Positions 27,567 to 41,942 of a stretch of 64,000 nucleotides of DNA are shown here, piece after piece. The notes under the pieces are model-generated. The model had not been told where the DNA came from and searched no databases. It worked only from the letters and a program-made list of their open reading frames with translations. Source of the stretch: Octopus bimaculoides (Eukaryota); the NCBI RefSeq assembly GCF_001194135.2, contig NC_068999.1, positions 51,333,909-51,397,908 on the forward strand, written 5' to 3'. Within the stretch, counting starts at the first letter, position 1. Each line of letters starts with the position of its first letter. Made by a program: the position numbers and the translations under genes.

Positions 27567-27748
27567 GAGAGACAGAGCCAGAGAGACAGAGCCAGAGAGA
27601 CAGAGCCAGAGAGACAGAGCCAGAGAGACAGAGCCAGAGAGACAGAGCCAGAGAGACAGAGCCAGAGAGACAGAGCCAGAGAGACAGAGCCAGAGAGACA
27701 GAGCCAGAGAGACAGAGCCAGAGAGACAGAGCCAGAGAGACAGAGCCA
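27567..27748. repeat. Minisatellite, 13 perfect copies of GAGAGACAGAGCCA (14 bp)
   Basis: Direct reading; explains the repetitive ETEPERQSQRDRAR ORF. Confidence 0.95.
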
Positions 27749-27970
27749 GAGAGACAGAGAGAGAGGATAGTACCTTCAAAACGCAGGCGTGTCTTGAATG
27801 CTTGCAAAAGAGCGAATACCGCTAAAAGACCCCATATACATTATATCAGACATTGTATGCCTGGGATTACATTAACCAATGTTTCCTTGCTTTTGTAAGG
27901 AAGTCCAGGTTACTTTGTTGTTACTTTGAGCAGAGCTAACGGTTACGTAGCTAATTGAATTTATATGTCA

Positions 27971-28131
27971 TATTGGTTTCAAATTTTGGCAGAAGAGCAG
28001 CAGTTGATTAAATCGATCCCAGTGCTCAATTGGTTCTTATTTTATCCACCCCGAAAAGATAAAAGATAAAGTCGACCTTGGCGTTGATTGAATTCAGAGC
28101 ATAGAGGAATTCCGCTAAACTCGCCGCCTTA
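27971..28131 (-). mobile_element. SINE family A with internal deletion
   Basis: TATTGGTTTCAAATTTTGGCAG...AAAGTCGACCTTGGCG...CTCGCCGCCTTA. Confidence 0.8.
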
Positions 28132-28881
28132 AATTCGTCTGAAATATTATACATTGTATATCAAGCATTACATTACCCATGTATCTCTTTTTAATTTTGT
28201 TTTTGTAAGTAACTGCGGTGTTATTCCAAGACGGTTTTTGTGTGCAATCCAGTAAGTGTAACGAACACGTAGCTAAAAGGAACTATGCATGTTATAACAG
28301 GCATATATCTAGGACAATATTAGCCCGCGTGTCCTTCTTCTCGAATGGCAATGCAATGTTATTTAAAAGGATGCTATTACTTCTTGTATAAGGTCTAACG
28401 ATCATACAAGCTGAACTACCGCCTTTTTGTTTTGCTCTAGTAAACAAAGGAACCTTCGAATGTTCCATATATTTGTCAGGGCACTCAGACGTTTACACAC
28501 ATGTCTATGGTATTTCACCATTCGTAAGCAAGTTAAAGAATAGATAAATATGTACGTAATAATAAATAAATGAATAAGTATATAAACAAGAAATGGAGAG
28601 GGACAAGCACAGAAATAATTCGACAGATTAACCACAAGAAACGGTCGACTAAAAGTTAATTTTGCTGGTGTAGTGTATTGCTCTGAGAGTAATAAGCTGT
28701 ACATTATAAAATGGTTGAGTATGAGTTACAAAGCTCGTGTAAATATCACTGCTCTGATAACGCTACAGCAGATCAAATAGCTCAAGGCGTACTTCTTTAG
28801 TTCTATATTTATATAAGCATGCGCATGTGTACATATGTTCAGCTGTATAGTTGGGTATATATATATTTATATATTTAAATA

Positions 28882-28935
<54 letters not shown>

Positions 28936-29941
28936 NNNNNNNNNNNNNNNNNNNNNNNNNNNNNNNNNNNNNNNNNNNNNNNNNNNNNNNNNNNNNNNNN
29001 NNNNNNNNNNNNNNNNNNNNNNNNNNNNNNNNNNNNNNNNNNNNNNNNNNNNNNNNNNNNNNNNNNNNNNNNNNNNNNNNNNNNNNNNNNNNNNNNNNNN
29101 NNNNNNNNNNNNNNNNNNNNNNNNNNNNNNNNNNNNNNNNNNNNNNNNNNNNNNNNNNNNNNNNNNNNNNNNNNNNNNNNNNNNNNNNNNNNNNNNNNNA
29201 TATATATATATATATATATATGTATAGGCATAGGCAGAGCTGCGACATTCTTAAACACGCAGTCATTATCATAGTACACACGTATTACTCATACATATCT
29301 TGAAATGAATTTATACGTTTGTGTACATACGTGTTTATAAGCAAACATATGACGTTTATATTATATATGTATTGTTGGTATGTATGTATGTTTGTAAGTA
29401 TGTATGTACGTATGTATGTATATCTATGTATCCCCATAAACAGTTACACAAATATATAAGATTCCATTTAGGCTCTCTAGATGCTGTTATTGCAATGCCC
29501 TTAAGTTAATGCAGTATATTATGTTGTCACGCGTCTGGCGAAGCCAATGGCATATTCTTATGAATTTAGCAGGAAAAATTGATGACGACTGGTGATAGAA
29601 CTCTGATGGAAATGTGAGCAAAAAAATACTTTGGAACTTTGGAACCTTAAGGGATATTTGGTAAATCTATATACTACCAGGCGTACATTATGTACATCCA
29701 TACCAGTGTACATTTATACATGCATATGTACAAACTTTTATATATAAATTCACATACATAGGATAACATAACTGGTCTATGTATCTATATACGTGTGCAT
29801 GTGTGTGTGTTTCTCTGTGTGTTTGTGTGTGTGTACGTGTGTGTGTGAGTGTGTGTGTGTGTAGATCTATGTATATGTGTGGATGTGTTTTAAAGGAAAA
29901 TGACCTGAAAGAAATAACTCGAAGGCCAGTTGCATGTACTC

Positions 29942-30140
29942 CAGGAGGAGGAGGACGACGAAGAAGAAGAAGAAGAAGAAGAAGAAGAAGAAGAAGAAGA
30001 AGAAGAAGAAGAAGAAAAAGAAGAAGAAGAAGAAGAAGAAGAAGAAGAAGAAGAAAAAAGAACAACAATAACAGCAACAACAATAATAATAACAACAACA
30101 ATAATAATAACAACAAGCAGAACAAAAACAACAACAACAA
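29942..30140. repeat. (GGA)(GAA)n then (AAC/AAT)n compound trinucleotide repeat
   Basis: Direct reading. Confidence 0.95.
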
Positions 30141-30460
30141 GGCTTCTCCACAAAAACTGATCCTATTATTGAAGCACTGATCTCAGATATGATTATAGAA
30201 GACTAAAAAGTGATACAGTGTAAAATTATGGACATTATTGCCCATTTGGATGCCAAAGAAATTGAAAAAAATATTGAAAAATATCAGGATCTTAAAAGAG
30301 ATATGAAAGAGATTGTTGAAGGTTAAGGCGACCATTATTTGCTGTGGTAATTGGTGCAAATGCGCAACCCGACACTGCAATCCATGGGGCTACAGGATTG
30401 AGACTCACCTTGTCCATCCACCAAAAAGGACAATCCTGTATTCTGAGTCATAAGAACGAT
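30140..30460 (+). mobile_element. R4/Dong-type non-LTR retrotransposon, restriction-like endonuclease (RLE) remnant
   Basis: Translation TKTDPIIEALISDMIIED*KVIQCKIMDIIAHLDAKEIEKNIEKYQDLKRDMK...AVVIGA matches the PD..D..EKIEKYQDL..VVIGALG pattern of R4-clade C-termini. Stops and frameshifts present. Confidence 0.75.
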
Positions 30461-30578
30461 TCTTGATATTTTGGGGTGGATGGATGGAAAGCGATATTAA
30501 TTTGACCGGCTCTTCAAGCTTTCGCCTATCGGTTTCTTCAATCAGTGAAATAATTTTTTTCTACTTGTGTATTTTTAG

Positions 30579-30607
30579 ATTGAAGAGAAGTCCACGAAAA
30601 GAAATTG
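30579..30607 (+). other. Candidate 29-nt micro-exon
   Basis: TTTTTTTCTACTTGTGTATTTTTAG acceptor and TTG|GTATGT donor. Confidence 0.3.
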
Positions 30608-32689
30608 GTATGTAAGATATTTTTAGAATTTGTTATCAAATTTCACCGAAGTTACCACTGTATTCTTTATATTTTGTTGAAGATTCAAAGGCAATAAAGT
30701 GTGCAGGTAGATTAAGCAGATAGTTCAAAAAGAGGGTGGGCTAAAGTGAGGTTTAGGTGATTTGTTTACTGTATATATATCGAGAGAGAGAGACAGAGAG
30801 ATCGACAGACAGGTAAATACATACATACATAAATATATTTATATTTGTATTTATTTATAGACATATATACATATACACATATACACATGTATATATGTAT
30901 AAACACATACACACACGCGCGCATATATGTATGTTTGTGCCTTTGAGTTTAAGTGTGGGTATGTATGTTTATGTGTATAAATCAGAGCACGTAATTACGT
31001 GTGCGTCAGTTTTCGTGTAGTTGCGTGTACATGTGTGCATGTGATACATCAAATGCTTATCCTACATGCAACGTATAATTTCCAATACTCCTCCTTCAGA
31101 TAATTTTGAATGCAAATTAAACAACAACCAGGGAAAAAATAACTAAACAAGAACAACAGCAAAGCGAAACGAAACGATATTCCGAAACGAGTAAAATTTA
31201 ATTATCTTATTGCCTGCAGTTAATAACTAACTTATGTTATTAGTAATTATAATAGTATGTTAACGGATCTCCCTAATGCCCTCTTCACAAGATCTGTTCG
31301 TTTATCCATCAACTCGCGGTCTCAAAGATGTGCGTACTACTGAAAATGAAAAGAAAAAGAACACGAACGCGTCACTTGTTAATATTATACTATTTGTTGT
31401 TTTAACGCTATTACAAGAAATAATGCAATTTGGGATATGAGATTAAAACAGCAAACGATGTGACCTTGTAATTAGTTGGCAGAAATGGAACGAAGAATAA
31501 ATGAAATAGCAATGATAATAATGATGATAATAATAGTAAAAATAAAACAAATAAAATGAAATATAATATTGTTTCTAAACGTGTAATCTTGAGAGCAATC
31601 TTTGGCTAATTACAAAACTGTTACTCTCACACAATTATTACGTGTCGTTCGTGTGTGTTTGAGTGCGTTTGTGCAAGAGTGAGAGAGAGAGGGGGAGAAG
31701 GAAAATTTGGATAGATTTCATGATATGCGACACTTACTAGCATTGGTGAAAGCTGTTGTACTGAAGCAATGATTTATATATGTATATAGATAGATTTATA
31801 TCACTCATAAGGGCACATGAATGCGCCTGCCTGCTAGAAATAAGAGTTAGAAACCTCGTTCAAACAACCAAAAATAATACTGAAAATAGCAACAGAATCA
31901 ACAGTGCTCGGGCGAACGGATCGAAAAATTCGTTCACATCTCTATATAGCATAATGCTATATATTTCTTAATATTAGTATACACGTGATCACCCGAGTAC
32001 TGTTGATTCTGTTGTTATTTTCAGTGATATTTTGTGTGGTTTAAACGAGGATTTAAACTTTTATCTCTAGTAATATTGATATAATTTTAATTCTATAGCT
32101 ATATAATGGTATTCAAACTTTAAATAGTATTAGCGAAACCGTTTATTTTGTTGGAAGAAAAAAATCTTTTGTATAGTATTGCATAATATTTTTGTTATGA
32201 TATGATTCTAATATATGCTTTAATCTTGTAAAGCAAATCTGTGTTTTTCATCTTATTTTTTCCTTATATATANNNNNNNNNNNNNNNNNNNNNNNNNNNN
32301 NNNNNNNNNNNNNNNNNNNNNNNNNNNNNNNNNNNNNNNNNNNNNNNNNNNNNNNNNNNNNNNNNNNNNNNNNNNNNNATATATATATATATAAACCTGT
32401 ACTGTTAATTGTTCTATGTTACCAATGTACAGGTATGATACTCTGCTCCTCTATCTAGTGTTGTACGATATGGAGCATCATATGCAGGAGGAAATTGTGT
32501 GCGGAATATGATAGAAGAAAAAGAAATAATCATAATTTACAGAATATATGTATGATCTCCAATATTTTTATAGAAAGTACACAAGTTGTCGCTGAAGTGC
32601 AAGATTGGATAATTGTTATGTAATTATTACTACACTTTGTGAAACACGTGTATACTCTATAAGGCATTGGATATCATACCAGTTTTGTG

Positions 32690-33270
32690 TAAATCAGTAC
32701 TCATACCAATATTTGGAAAGCTTGATTGGACGCTTGATGAGACCCGAGCCATTGATGTGACAAACCGGAAGTTACTAAGCAGCACACATTAATTTGAACA
32801 TCATCAATGACGTTGACCACCTCTGCCTAAAAGGAACACAAGGCGGCATAGGCTTCACATCAATCTAGACTGCCTTTAAATGTCAGCAACATCTTTTAAC
32901 CACCAAGTGTCGAAGTGCATTCCTTGATCAAGTTTGCACACATGAAGCTGACTCTACTGCATGGTATCATCAGATGAAAGGATGATCATCAAAGCGTGTC
33001 TGTTATGAACCAATTACTGGATTACTAACGCCCACTTTGAAGGATATGCGTTTGCAATCCAGGAACAATAAATATCGACTAAATGCCTGATGCAGAAAAA
33101 GCAGCAAAATGTGACAACCGATGCAGATTTTGTGGAGTGAACGCCGAAGATATCACCCATTTCAAAGCAGTTGCCCGAAAATGTTATCGCGGTATATCTA
33201 CCGATGAGATGTATTGTTGTAGCTAGCACACTGTATAATGAGATCCGTCGGAAGGATAACTCCGAGGACA
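32690..33270 (+). mobile_element. R4/Dong-type non-LTR retrotransposon remnant (post-RT region plus CCHC zinc knuckle)
   Basis: Across frameshifts: LCLKGTQGGIGFTSI*TAFKC ... FEGYAFAIQEQ*ISTK ... CDNRCRFCGVNAEDITH ... SCPKM ... YLPMRCIVVASTLYNEIRRKD. This follows the GGRGL / EG..FAIQ.Q / CR.C..E.I.H...C / RH..VA pattern. Confidence 0.8.
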
Positions 33271-33653
33271 AAAAAATAAGAACTCGCAGTATAGTAAAAT
33301 TCATGGACACGTGATAAAAATGAGTACTGTAATAATATGTAAAAACAATAGACATGATATAATGATTTGGGATAGAGAAGAGAAACGATATAAATGATTA
33401 ATTTCGAATAAATAACTAACCATCCGTAGGTAAATATAGACGTAAAAGTTAAGTGTATATGTACGTATGTATGTATGTAGGTAGGAAGGTAGGAAGGTAG
33501 GTAGGTAGGTATACATGCATATGTCTGCTTTGCATGCGTGTGAATATGTTTCTGCTTTAGAAGGAATGTGTGTGTGTTTGTGCATGTGTGAATTTGTTTG
33601 TTGCTACCTTGATATAAAATGGAAGTCTTTATCTATTTACCATAGTCCAAAGA

Positions 33654-33691
<38 letters not shown>

Positions 33692-36252
33692 NNNNNNNNN
33701 NNNNNNNNNNNNNNNNNNNNNNNNNNNNNNNNNNNNNNNNNNNNNNNNNNNNNNNNNNNNNNNNNNNNNNNNNNNNNNNNNNNNNNNNNNNNNNNNNNNN
33801 NNNNNNNNNNNNNNNNNNNNNNNNNNNNNNNNNNNNNNNNNNNNNNNNNNNNNNNNNNNNNNNNNNNNNNNNNNNNNNNNNNNNNNNNNNNNNNNNNNNN
33901 NNNNNNNNNNNNNNNNNNNNNNNNNNNNNNNNNNNNNNNNNNNNNNNNNNNNNNNNNNNNNNNNNNNNNNNNNNNNNNNNNNNNNNNNNNNNNNNNNNNN
34001 NNNNNNNNNNNNNNNNNNNNNNNNNNNNNNNNNNNNNNNNNNNNNNNNNNNNNNNNNNNNNNNNNNNNNNNNNNNNNNNNNNNNNNNNNNNNNNNNNNNN
34101 NNNNNNNNNNNNNNNNNNNNNNNNNNNNNNNNNNNNNNNNNNNNNNNNNNNNNNNNNNNNNNNNNNNNNNNNNNNNNNNNNNNNNNNNNNNNNNNNNNNN
34201 NNNNNNNNNNNNNNNNNNNNNNNNNNNNNNNNNNNNNNNNNNNNNNNNNNNNNNNNNNNNNNNNNNNNNNNNNNNNNNNNNNNNNNNNNNNNNNNNNNNN
34301 NNNNNNNNNNNNNNNNNNNNNNAAGGTTTTACTTTTCGTAATGAGATAAAAGTTAGATATACAATAAATGAGTTATAAATGTAGAAGGGGCCACAACAAG
34401 TTGGGAGAACCCGTGTGATAGATGTGATGATTTAAACTTTGACACCCATTAAAGGAAGTGACGTTTTATGATCTCATTTAACCTGAAGCTAATAGCAACA
34501 ACACCGAGATCAACAAAATATCAGAACAAACGTCTGCTTTGAAACAAGAGGCTCATTACGTCGAAGCTTCTCCGGATTTACGAGTCCTTTAGATAAATAA
34601 GAGAGTACAACACCTCTCGAATGGAACAAGAGCAGGTAACAAAATTGGCCTTCATTTACCATAAGTGTTCACCTTTCTGCTGACTGAACTGGACCAATGG
34701 GAAAGAAGCGCATAGCTAAAGGACGTAACGTGCCACTCTGTCCAACAGTCGAACCCAAAACCAGCAACCTAACCAGTGAGCTATACTTCTACACATAGCG
34801 ATAACAAGACATGAGTATTTCATTAGCTAAGCGTGGAATTCAAATCCTCTCATGGCTTACAAAATATACAGATAATTTGTCACTGCATAACTTTTTCCTA
34901 AATAGCTAAACAACTACAAAGTTCTCGGTGTTGTCCCAACGGTTGAATGCTTTACGAAACATTACATTAGTATTCGTCATATTATACTTACTTGGCACAG
35001 ACCCAGTCTCACACCATAAGTGCGAGATTGTCATCTCCTTCCATACATTAATTCACGTCACGTTCATTATTACATACTCACATACATTCAAACGGCTGGT
35101 TTCATGTTTGCCAAAAGTATAAGCACTAATGTAAATTATGGCCACGTGATATACACATGCTTCGTAATGATTTCATTATTAATCAGACTTGCCTTAATAA
35201 TAAGCGTTTATTGAATTAATGAATGATATTCAATTGAAGATTATCCATTAGCTTGTCACTACATTGCAACTAACTAATAGGTAAATTGAATGTGGAGAGA
35301 GTACATGGATGATGTTGTTGTCCATATATGTATAAAGATACACACAAATGTATAAGTATATATACACATATAGTATATATATATANNNNNNNNNNNNNNN
35401 NNNNNNNNNNNNNNNNNNNNNNNNNNNNNNNNNNNNNNNNNNNNNNNNNNNNNNNNNNNNNNNNNNNNNNNNNNNNNNNNNNNNNNNNNNNNNNNNNNNN
35501 NNNNNNNNNNNNNNNNNNNNNNNNNNNNNNNNNNNNNNNNNNNNNNNNNNNNNNNNNNNNNNNNNNNNNNNNNNNNNNNNNNNNNNNNNNNNNNNNNNNN
35601 NNNNNNNNNNNNNNNNNNNNNNNNNNNNNNNNNNNNNNNNNNNNNNNNNNNNNNNNNNNNNNNNNNNNNNNNNNNNNNNNNNNNNNNNNNNNNNNNNNNN
35701 NNNNNNNNNNNNNNNNNNNNNNNNNNNNNNNNNNNNNNNNNNNNNNNNNNNNNNNNNNNNNNNNNNNNNNNNNNNNNNNNNNNNNNNNNNNNNNNNNNNN
35801 NNNNNNNNNNNNNNNNNNNNNNNNNNNNNNNNNNNNNNNNNNNNNNNNNNNNNNNNNNNNNNNNNNNNNNNNNNNNNNNNNNNNNNNNNNNNNNNNNNNN
35901 NNNNNNNNNNNNNNNNNNNNNNNNNNNNNNNNNNNNNNNNNNNNNNNNNNNNNNNNNNNNNNNNNNNNNNNNNNNNNNNNNNNNNNNNNNNNNNNNNNNN
36001 NNNNNNNNNNNNNNNNNNNNNNNNNNNNNNNNNNNNNNNNNNNNNNNNNNNNNNNNNNNNNNNNNNNNNNNNNNNNNNNNNNNNNNNNNNNNNNNNNNNN
36101 NNNNNNNNNNNNNNNNNNNNNNNNNNNNNNNNNNNNNNNNNNNNNNNNNNNNNNNNNNNNNNNNNNNNNNNNNNNNNNNNTATATATATATATATATATT
36201 AATGAAGAGCGTTGTAGAGTTCTCTTTGCTTGAAGCATCGTAATATAAAAGT

Positions 36253-36308
<56 letters not shown>

Positions 36309-38244
36309 ATAACTCGCTTAGTTGTAAAACCGGAGATCTTGTTCTCTCCTGTTGTTTGATTACCTGGCATTTCAGGTGAACATTTTAGTGCCGTTTTGCA
36401 AGTTGTTATTGACTGTAGATTTCAACACGTTTGCGGCTGATAGCCATTTTCTTTAGTATAATTGTGAAGCGATGGTCATACTCGTCAGCGAGTCGGCAGC
36501 CACTATATATCGGAAAGTTGAAATGAAAGGGTGGCGTTAATAAGAAACTTGATTTGAATGTAATTATAACGTTAACACTAAATTAATAAACGTGATCTGC
36601 TTGTGGTTAATATTTTGCTTAAATGCAGCATTTGATTTGGAGATAGGCAAGTGTTATATCAAAAAAGCTTTGGTGCAATGAACTTATATAGGATTAATAA
36701 ATGCTCAGTACCATGTGTGGAAATAGTTATTTTAGATTGATACCAGATAAATAATGTACAATATGATGAAGGGAAAAAATGGACGAGAGGATAAAATAAA
36801 ATGTCTAGGGTGGAATGTGCTGTGTTAAATAAGATTATAAAGCTACTTCAGGTATTTCAAATGAGAAGTAGCAAGAAAAATTTGCATTTTCTTTTTTTTT
36901 TTTTTTTNNNNNNNNNNTTTTTTTTTTTTTTTTTTTTCCTTACCGACGACCAATAATTTTAATAGTTCCTGCTCATTGACTCAGAGAAATAAAGTCGAAA
37001 AAAACGTTCTGCACAGATTCAATTGCAAACAGGGATTTATATTGAAGTCACATTCATTGTGGTTGTTTCAGACTCGTTCTTTAAGTCATCATTAGCATAA
37101 TCAGCCAGGAACACTGCAAATAGATTTGTTTCTCTAACCAAATTTTCGATTGCGAAATATGTTTTAAATGCAGCGTATAAGTAAAATTCATAAATGCAGG
37201 ATGTTGTTGATGAAGACAGTATGATATTAAGAGAATGATTTCATAACTGAAAAGATATCATTAGCACCTGGCGAACAGTCGATTTACTGACGTTCATCGT
37301 GCTGTTATTTAACTGGAAGTGTTGATTCTTTAATATAATAACATTATAGAATTAATGCACTGAACTGCAAGAAAATATAAGAAAAGTATTTGTAAAGATA
37401 ATATAATATTGAAGCCTTCAATGTTTGCACTTGCTTTACTGACAAGGAAAATCAAAACAAGAAAATATTGAAGAATCAGCTGACATGTTTGTACCTTGTA
37501 CAATTAAGGTGAAAGATAAATATGTTCATCTGAGGTGGCTTAAAAAAGAAAGTACATATAGATACCTTTGCCGCCACATACAAAATTAGTTCTATTCCAA
37601 AATGGCTTATTTTCTTATAAGACATTTGAGTTAAAAGTAAAGATAAACTATTTTTCGCAATTCTTGCCAACGAATATAATAATATATCCTACAATAAGCA
37701 ATTTAATTTCTGTAGCCATGGTTTCGGAAAATTCTTCGTGGCAAATCAACAATTCTTTAAATTTTTACTGTTTGCACGGGATAAAAAATATATATATTTG
37801 TCTCCACTTAAACGTAGATGTTTTGTTAGGACAAACGTCACTGCGGTCGGTAAGTGGGGATAAATACTACCCTCGGTATCAATAATATATATTCTTTAAC
37901 GATATTTCACTCTATTATAGATGCGCCGACAAGAATATCACATTTATGTAACTGTAAACAAATATGTGGTAAGCAGTATACTTGAGAAATTTCTGGAATG
38001 ACCAACGATTTAGAACTTCGACCAAAAATTTTAGTAACGAATTTCAAAGCTTACTCTTTAAGTCTCGGCTAGATCAGGAGGGAGTGACGCCTGCTTTCAA
38101 TTAATTATTCGTAATTATTCAGACCCTTTGGAGCTTTGGCAAAATGAATGGTTAGAATTAGATGCAATAGTTCGGGGCCTTATATTTAAGTATAATATCC
38201 AATTATATAGCCCCGAACAATTGTATTTAATTCTAACTGTGATC

Positions 38245-38295
38245 ATGTTGCTAAAGTGCCAATGTTGCTAAAGTGCCAATGTTGCTAAAGTGCCA
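38245..38295. repeat. Three perfect tandem copies of the 17-mer ATGTTGCTAAAGTGCCA
   Basis: Direct reading. Confidence 0.95.
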
Positions 38296-38934
38296 TTGAA
38301 ATAGAGACGTTTCATTTCTTCTTTGAACTAAATCACGAGTTGCTCTTATATTCTCATTTATAAAGATTAGTGCATGAAGACGAATTGTCAACAAAAGCTG
38401 GACAGTTGGTTGGTGAAATTACAAAACAGGTCTTATTAGATATGAGCGATGGATAAAGGTTCTTTCCATACCTTCTATCGTGATATTTATGAGTGTGCAT
38501 GTGTTGGAAATATGTATGCATGTGTATGTGCATAAGGCAGGAATACACAATTTCCAATCGCAATTAGTATCATCATGTGTGTGTGTGTGCGTTTGTGTGT
38601 CAGTGTGTGAGTTTCTGTGATATATCAAAGGTAAGACAAAAAATGTCCTTCTATAAATGCCTACTTTCTTGCGTTCATACAATCAAATTACGCTCACAAC
38701 ATATAATTTCAACATATTATTTGTACTTAGTATATTATAAATTATTCATTTCATTGTAATTCTTGACATGCTTAGCATTCAGCTATTATATATGCATGTA
38801 TAAATGTGTATACACAAACACACACACACACTCACACACACACTCATACACACACTCACACACACAAACACACACACATATATATACACATATATATATA
38901 TATACATATCGAGGTCTCATTCTTCTGTTGTCAC

Positions 38935-38981
<47 letters not shown>

Positions 38982-39072
38982 ATTATTATTATATGTGTGT
39001 GGTGGTGTGTGAATAGGTATGTATTTTACATACATATATATACACATATACAAATGTATGTATATAGATATG

Positions 39073-39125
<53 letters not shown>

Positions 39126-40348
39126 ATAGATTGATAGATATGCATATGCTTTTGTGTGTGAGTAAATACGTAAGAAATAGCACAATTCTCGTGAACAGCA
39201 AGAGGCCTCTTGAAAAATCAGTGGTTAACGTTAGTCTTGCAGCATATAATGCATAATGACGTGTACGCTGGCATTGTATCTCACGTGACCCATTATTCAT
39301 TACTGACAGCTAAATGAACTGAGGCCATGTAGAATAAAGAAAAGTATTCTTCTCAGAAAGAGAGCACAAGCCACTCGTCATATTTGAGCACACAGCTCAA
39401 CATTTATCGTTCAATAATCCATATTGTCTCTACAAGCTCCTACATTGAAGTGTGATTGATGTAATGAAAGCTATATCTTCCTATATTGTTATTGAGGATA
39501 TGGAGGATGGTAAGAGTGGAGAGAACTTGAAGACAGAAAAAGAATTAAGATGCAATAAGTTTGAAAGATATTGTCTTTCCTGCTACCATCATCATCACTA
39601 CGGTCCGCACGCGCACTCACGTGCAAATATAATCCATGGTTCATTCATATCAAGATCAAATTTATTTTACATAGTCAAACATGCCCTTTAAAGTATTATG
39701 AGCACAGCCGACGCCATTTTGAGAAGCTGTAAGTCGAAATAAAGATATTTATACTGTATCTATCGTAGCTGCCTTCATTGAAGTTAAATCATTACAATAG
39801 GAAAATGAAATGTATACACATAGATTCCACTTAACAAGAACATAACACCAATATATAGCAACAATTTATATTGTTATAACGCATACAATAACAATTTATA
39901 TTCCCCTGCCTCTGTTTGAGTTTAAAGAGAGAGTGATAGCATATCATTTAGGCGTGGTACATTTGTAAAATAATTCTTGACTCTAAAAGTGCATTAGATA
40001 TTGCAGCAGACCACAATAATCCCACTTTTCATCAAATGCAGCAATATTAAATAACACTTAAAGCATGGTTGTGTGAATGTACTGAAATTCTCAAGTGGTA
40101 TTTGAGAAGTTATACAAGAATTCAGCAGATCTCCAGATCAGAAGGTGATCATACGTGAAATCGAATAGCCATCGTTGCATAAAAGTGATGGATGTATGTG
40201 TTCGCGCCTTTTGCATCCATGCACTTGTAACATTATCTGTCAATTTGTAAATGTGTATGCGTTGGAATATCGAACTTCAGAAGCATTCAAAAAGACATTT
40301 ACATATGCAATGAATGCGTCTGTGCTGCTGCGGGTATACAAATATATT

Positions 40349-40404
<56 letters not shown>

Positions 40405-41900
40405 NNNNNNNNNNNNNNNNNNNNNNNNNNNNNNNNNNNNNNNNNNNNNNNNNNNNNNNNNNNNNNNNNNNNNNNNNNNNNNNNNNNNNNNNNNNNNNNN
40501 NNNNNNNNNNNNNNNNNNNNNNNNNNNNNNNNNNNNNNNNNNNNNNNNNNNNNNNNNNNNNNNNNNNNNNNNNNNNNNNNNNNNNNNNNNNNNNNNNNNN
40601 NNNNNNNNNNNNNNNNNNNNNNNNNNNNNNNNNNNNNNNNNNNNNNNNNNNNNNNNNNNNNNNNNNNNNNNNNNNNNNNNNNNNNNNNNNNNNNNNNNNN
40701 NNNNNNNNNNNNNNNNNNNNNNNNNNNNNNNNNNNNNNNNNNNNNNNNNNNNNNNNNNNNNNNNNNNNNNNNNNNNNNNNNNNNNNNNNNNNNNNNNNNN
40801 NNNNNNNNNNNNNNNNNNNNNNNNNNNNNNNNNNNNNNNNNNNNNNNNNNNNNNNNNNNNNNNNNNNNNNNNNNNNNNNNNNNNNNNNNNNNNNNNNNNN
40901 NNNNNNNNNNNNNNNNNNNNNNNNNNNNNNNNNNNNNNNTGTATGTATGTGTGTATATCTGCGACTATGCAATATATACACAGAAGCAAAATACATAACA
41001 GACCGTTCTCAAAACGGTTAACCTTCTAACGTCCAGTCCAACGGGATGTAAATAGATAACATAAATACTACCAACATGCAAATATACTCACTAATAATAC
41101 ATCTAAATGTTTGTTTAACTACCTCTTAGAACCAAAACGAAAACATACTGAATGCATTATTCTAACATCGTCTTCGCCCTGACAGCTGAAACAAGCGAAA
41201 AAGAAAAAAACAAAAAGAAGTGCTAGATGCAAAACTGCGAACTACAGCTGAAAATGTTTATAAATTATGTAATACGCTAGATCGAAAAATCTTTAAACAG
41301 ACTCTCTCACACAATCACCCGGCATTTAGTTTTATTACTTTCCTTGTGTTGTTCATATATATATAGATACAGGCTTTGTGGTTAGGGAGATCACTTTGCA
41401 GCAATGTGATTTCATGTTCAGTTCCACATCTGTCTTCGTTTTCTTTTTCAGCTCTTTCTGGGACCATATGTTGTCTTGAAGAGCAGAAAAGGCGTCAGTG
41501 GATTTCTTAAGTCGGAGAAATATTTCAGTATCGTGGGAGCATCAAAAGTTTATTGTACTACCGAGTAAGATGAAGCGTTAACCAACTTGCAGACTCTTCC
41601 CATCGACGTGGATGGAAGGTTCCACACAGGCTGTACCTCGTTCTGGTTGAAACAGAAAAAATGTATTATTCAAACTAATTGTCAATTTAAATATTTTTCA
41701 TGACTGGGGCAAACTGTCCATGAAACACTGCATATCAGCGACAATGTGCGAGACCAGGTTGCAAGAGATGTAGAGGTTGTCGCAGACAAGATTTAGATGT
41801 ATTGCCGATTTAGCAACAAAACGGCGTATTTTGAAAACCTTTCCTGTGCTGCTATATCGTACATACGTACATAAATATAAATGTAAACATACATAATGTG

Positions 41901-41942
<42 letters not shown>

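Noticed and set aside
30140-33270. Treating the two + strand R4/Dong pieces as one element
   Set aside because: Domain order is reversed (RLE before the zinc knuckle) and they are separated by unrelated sequence and a gap.
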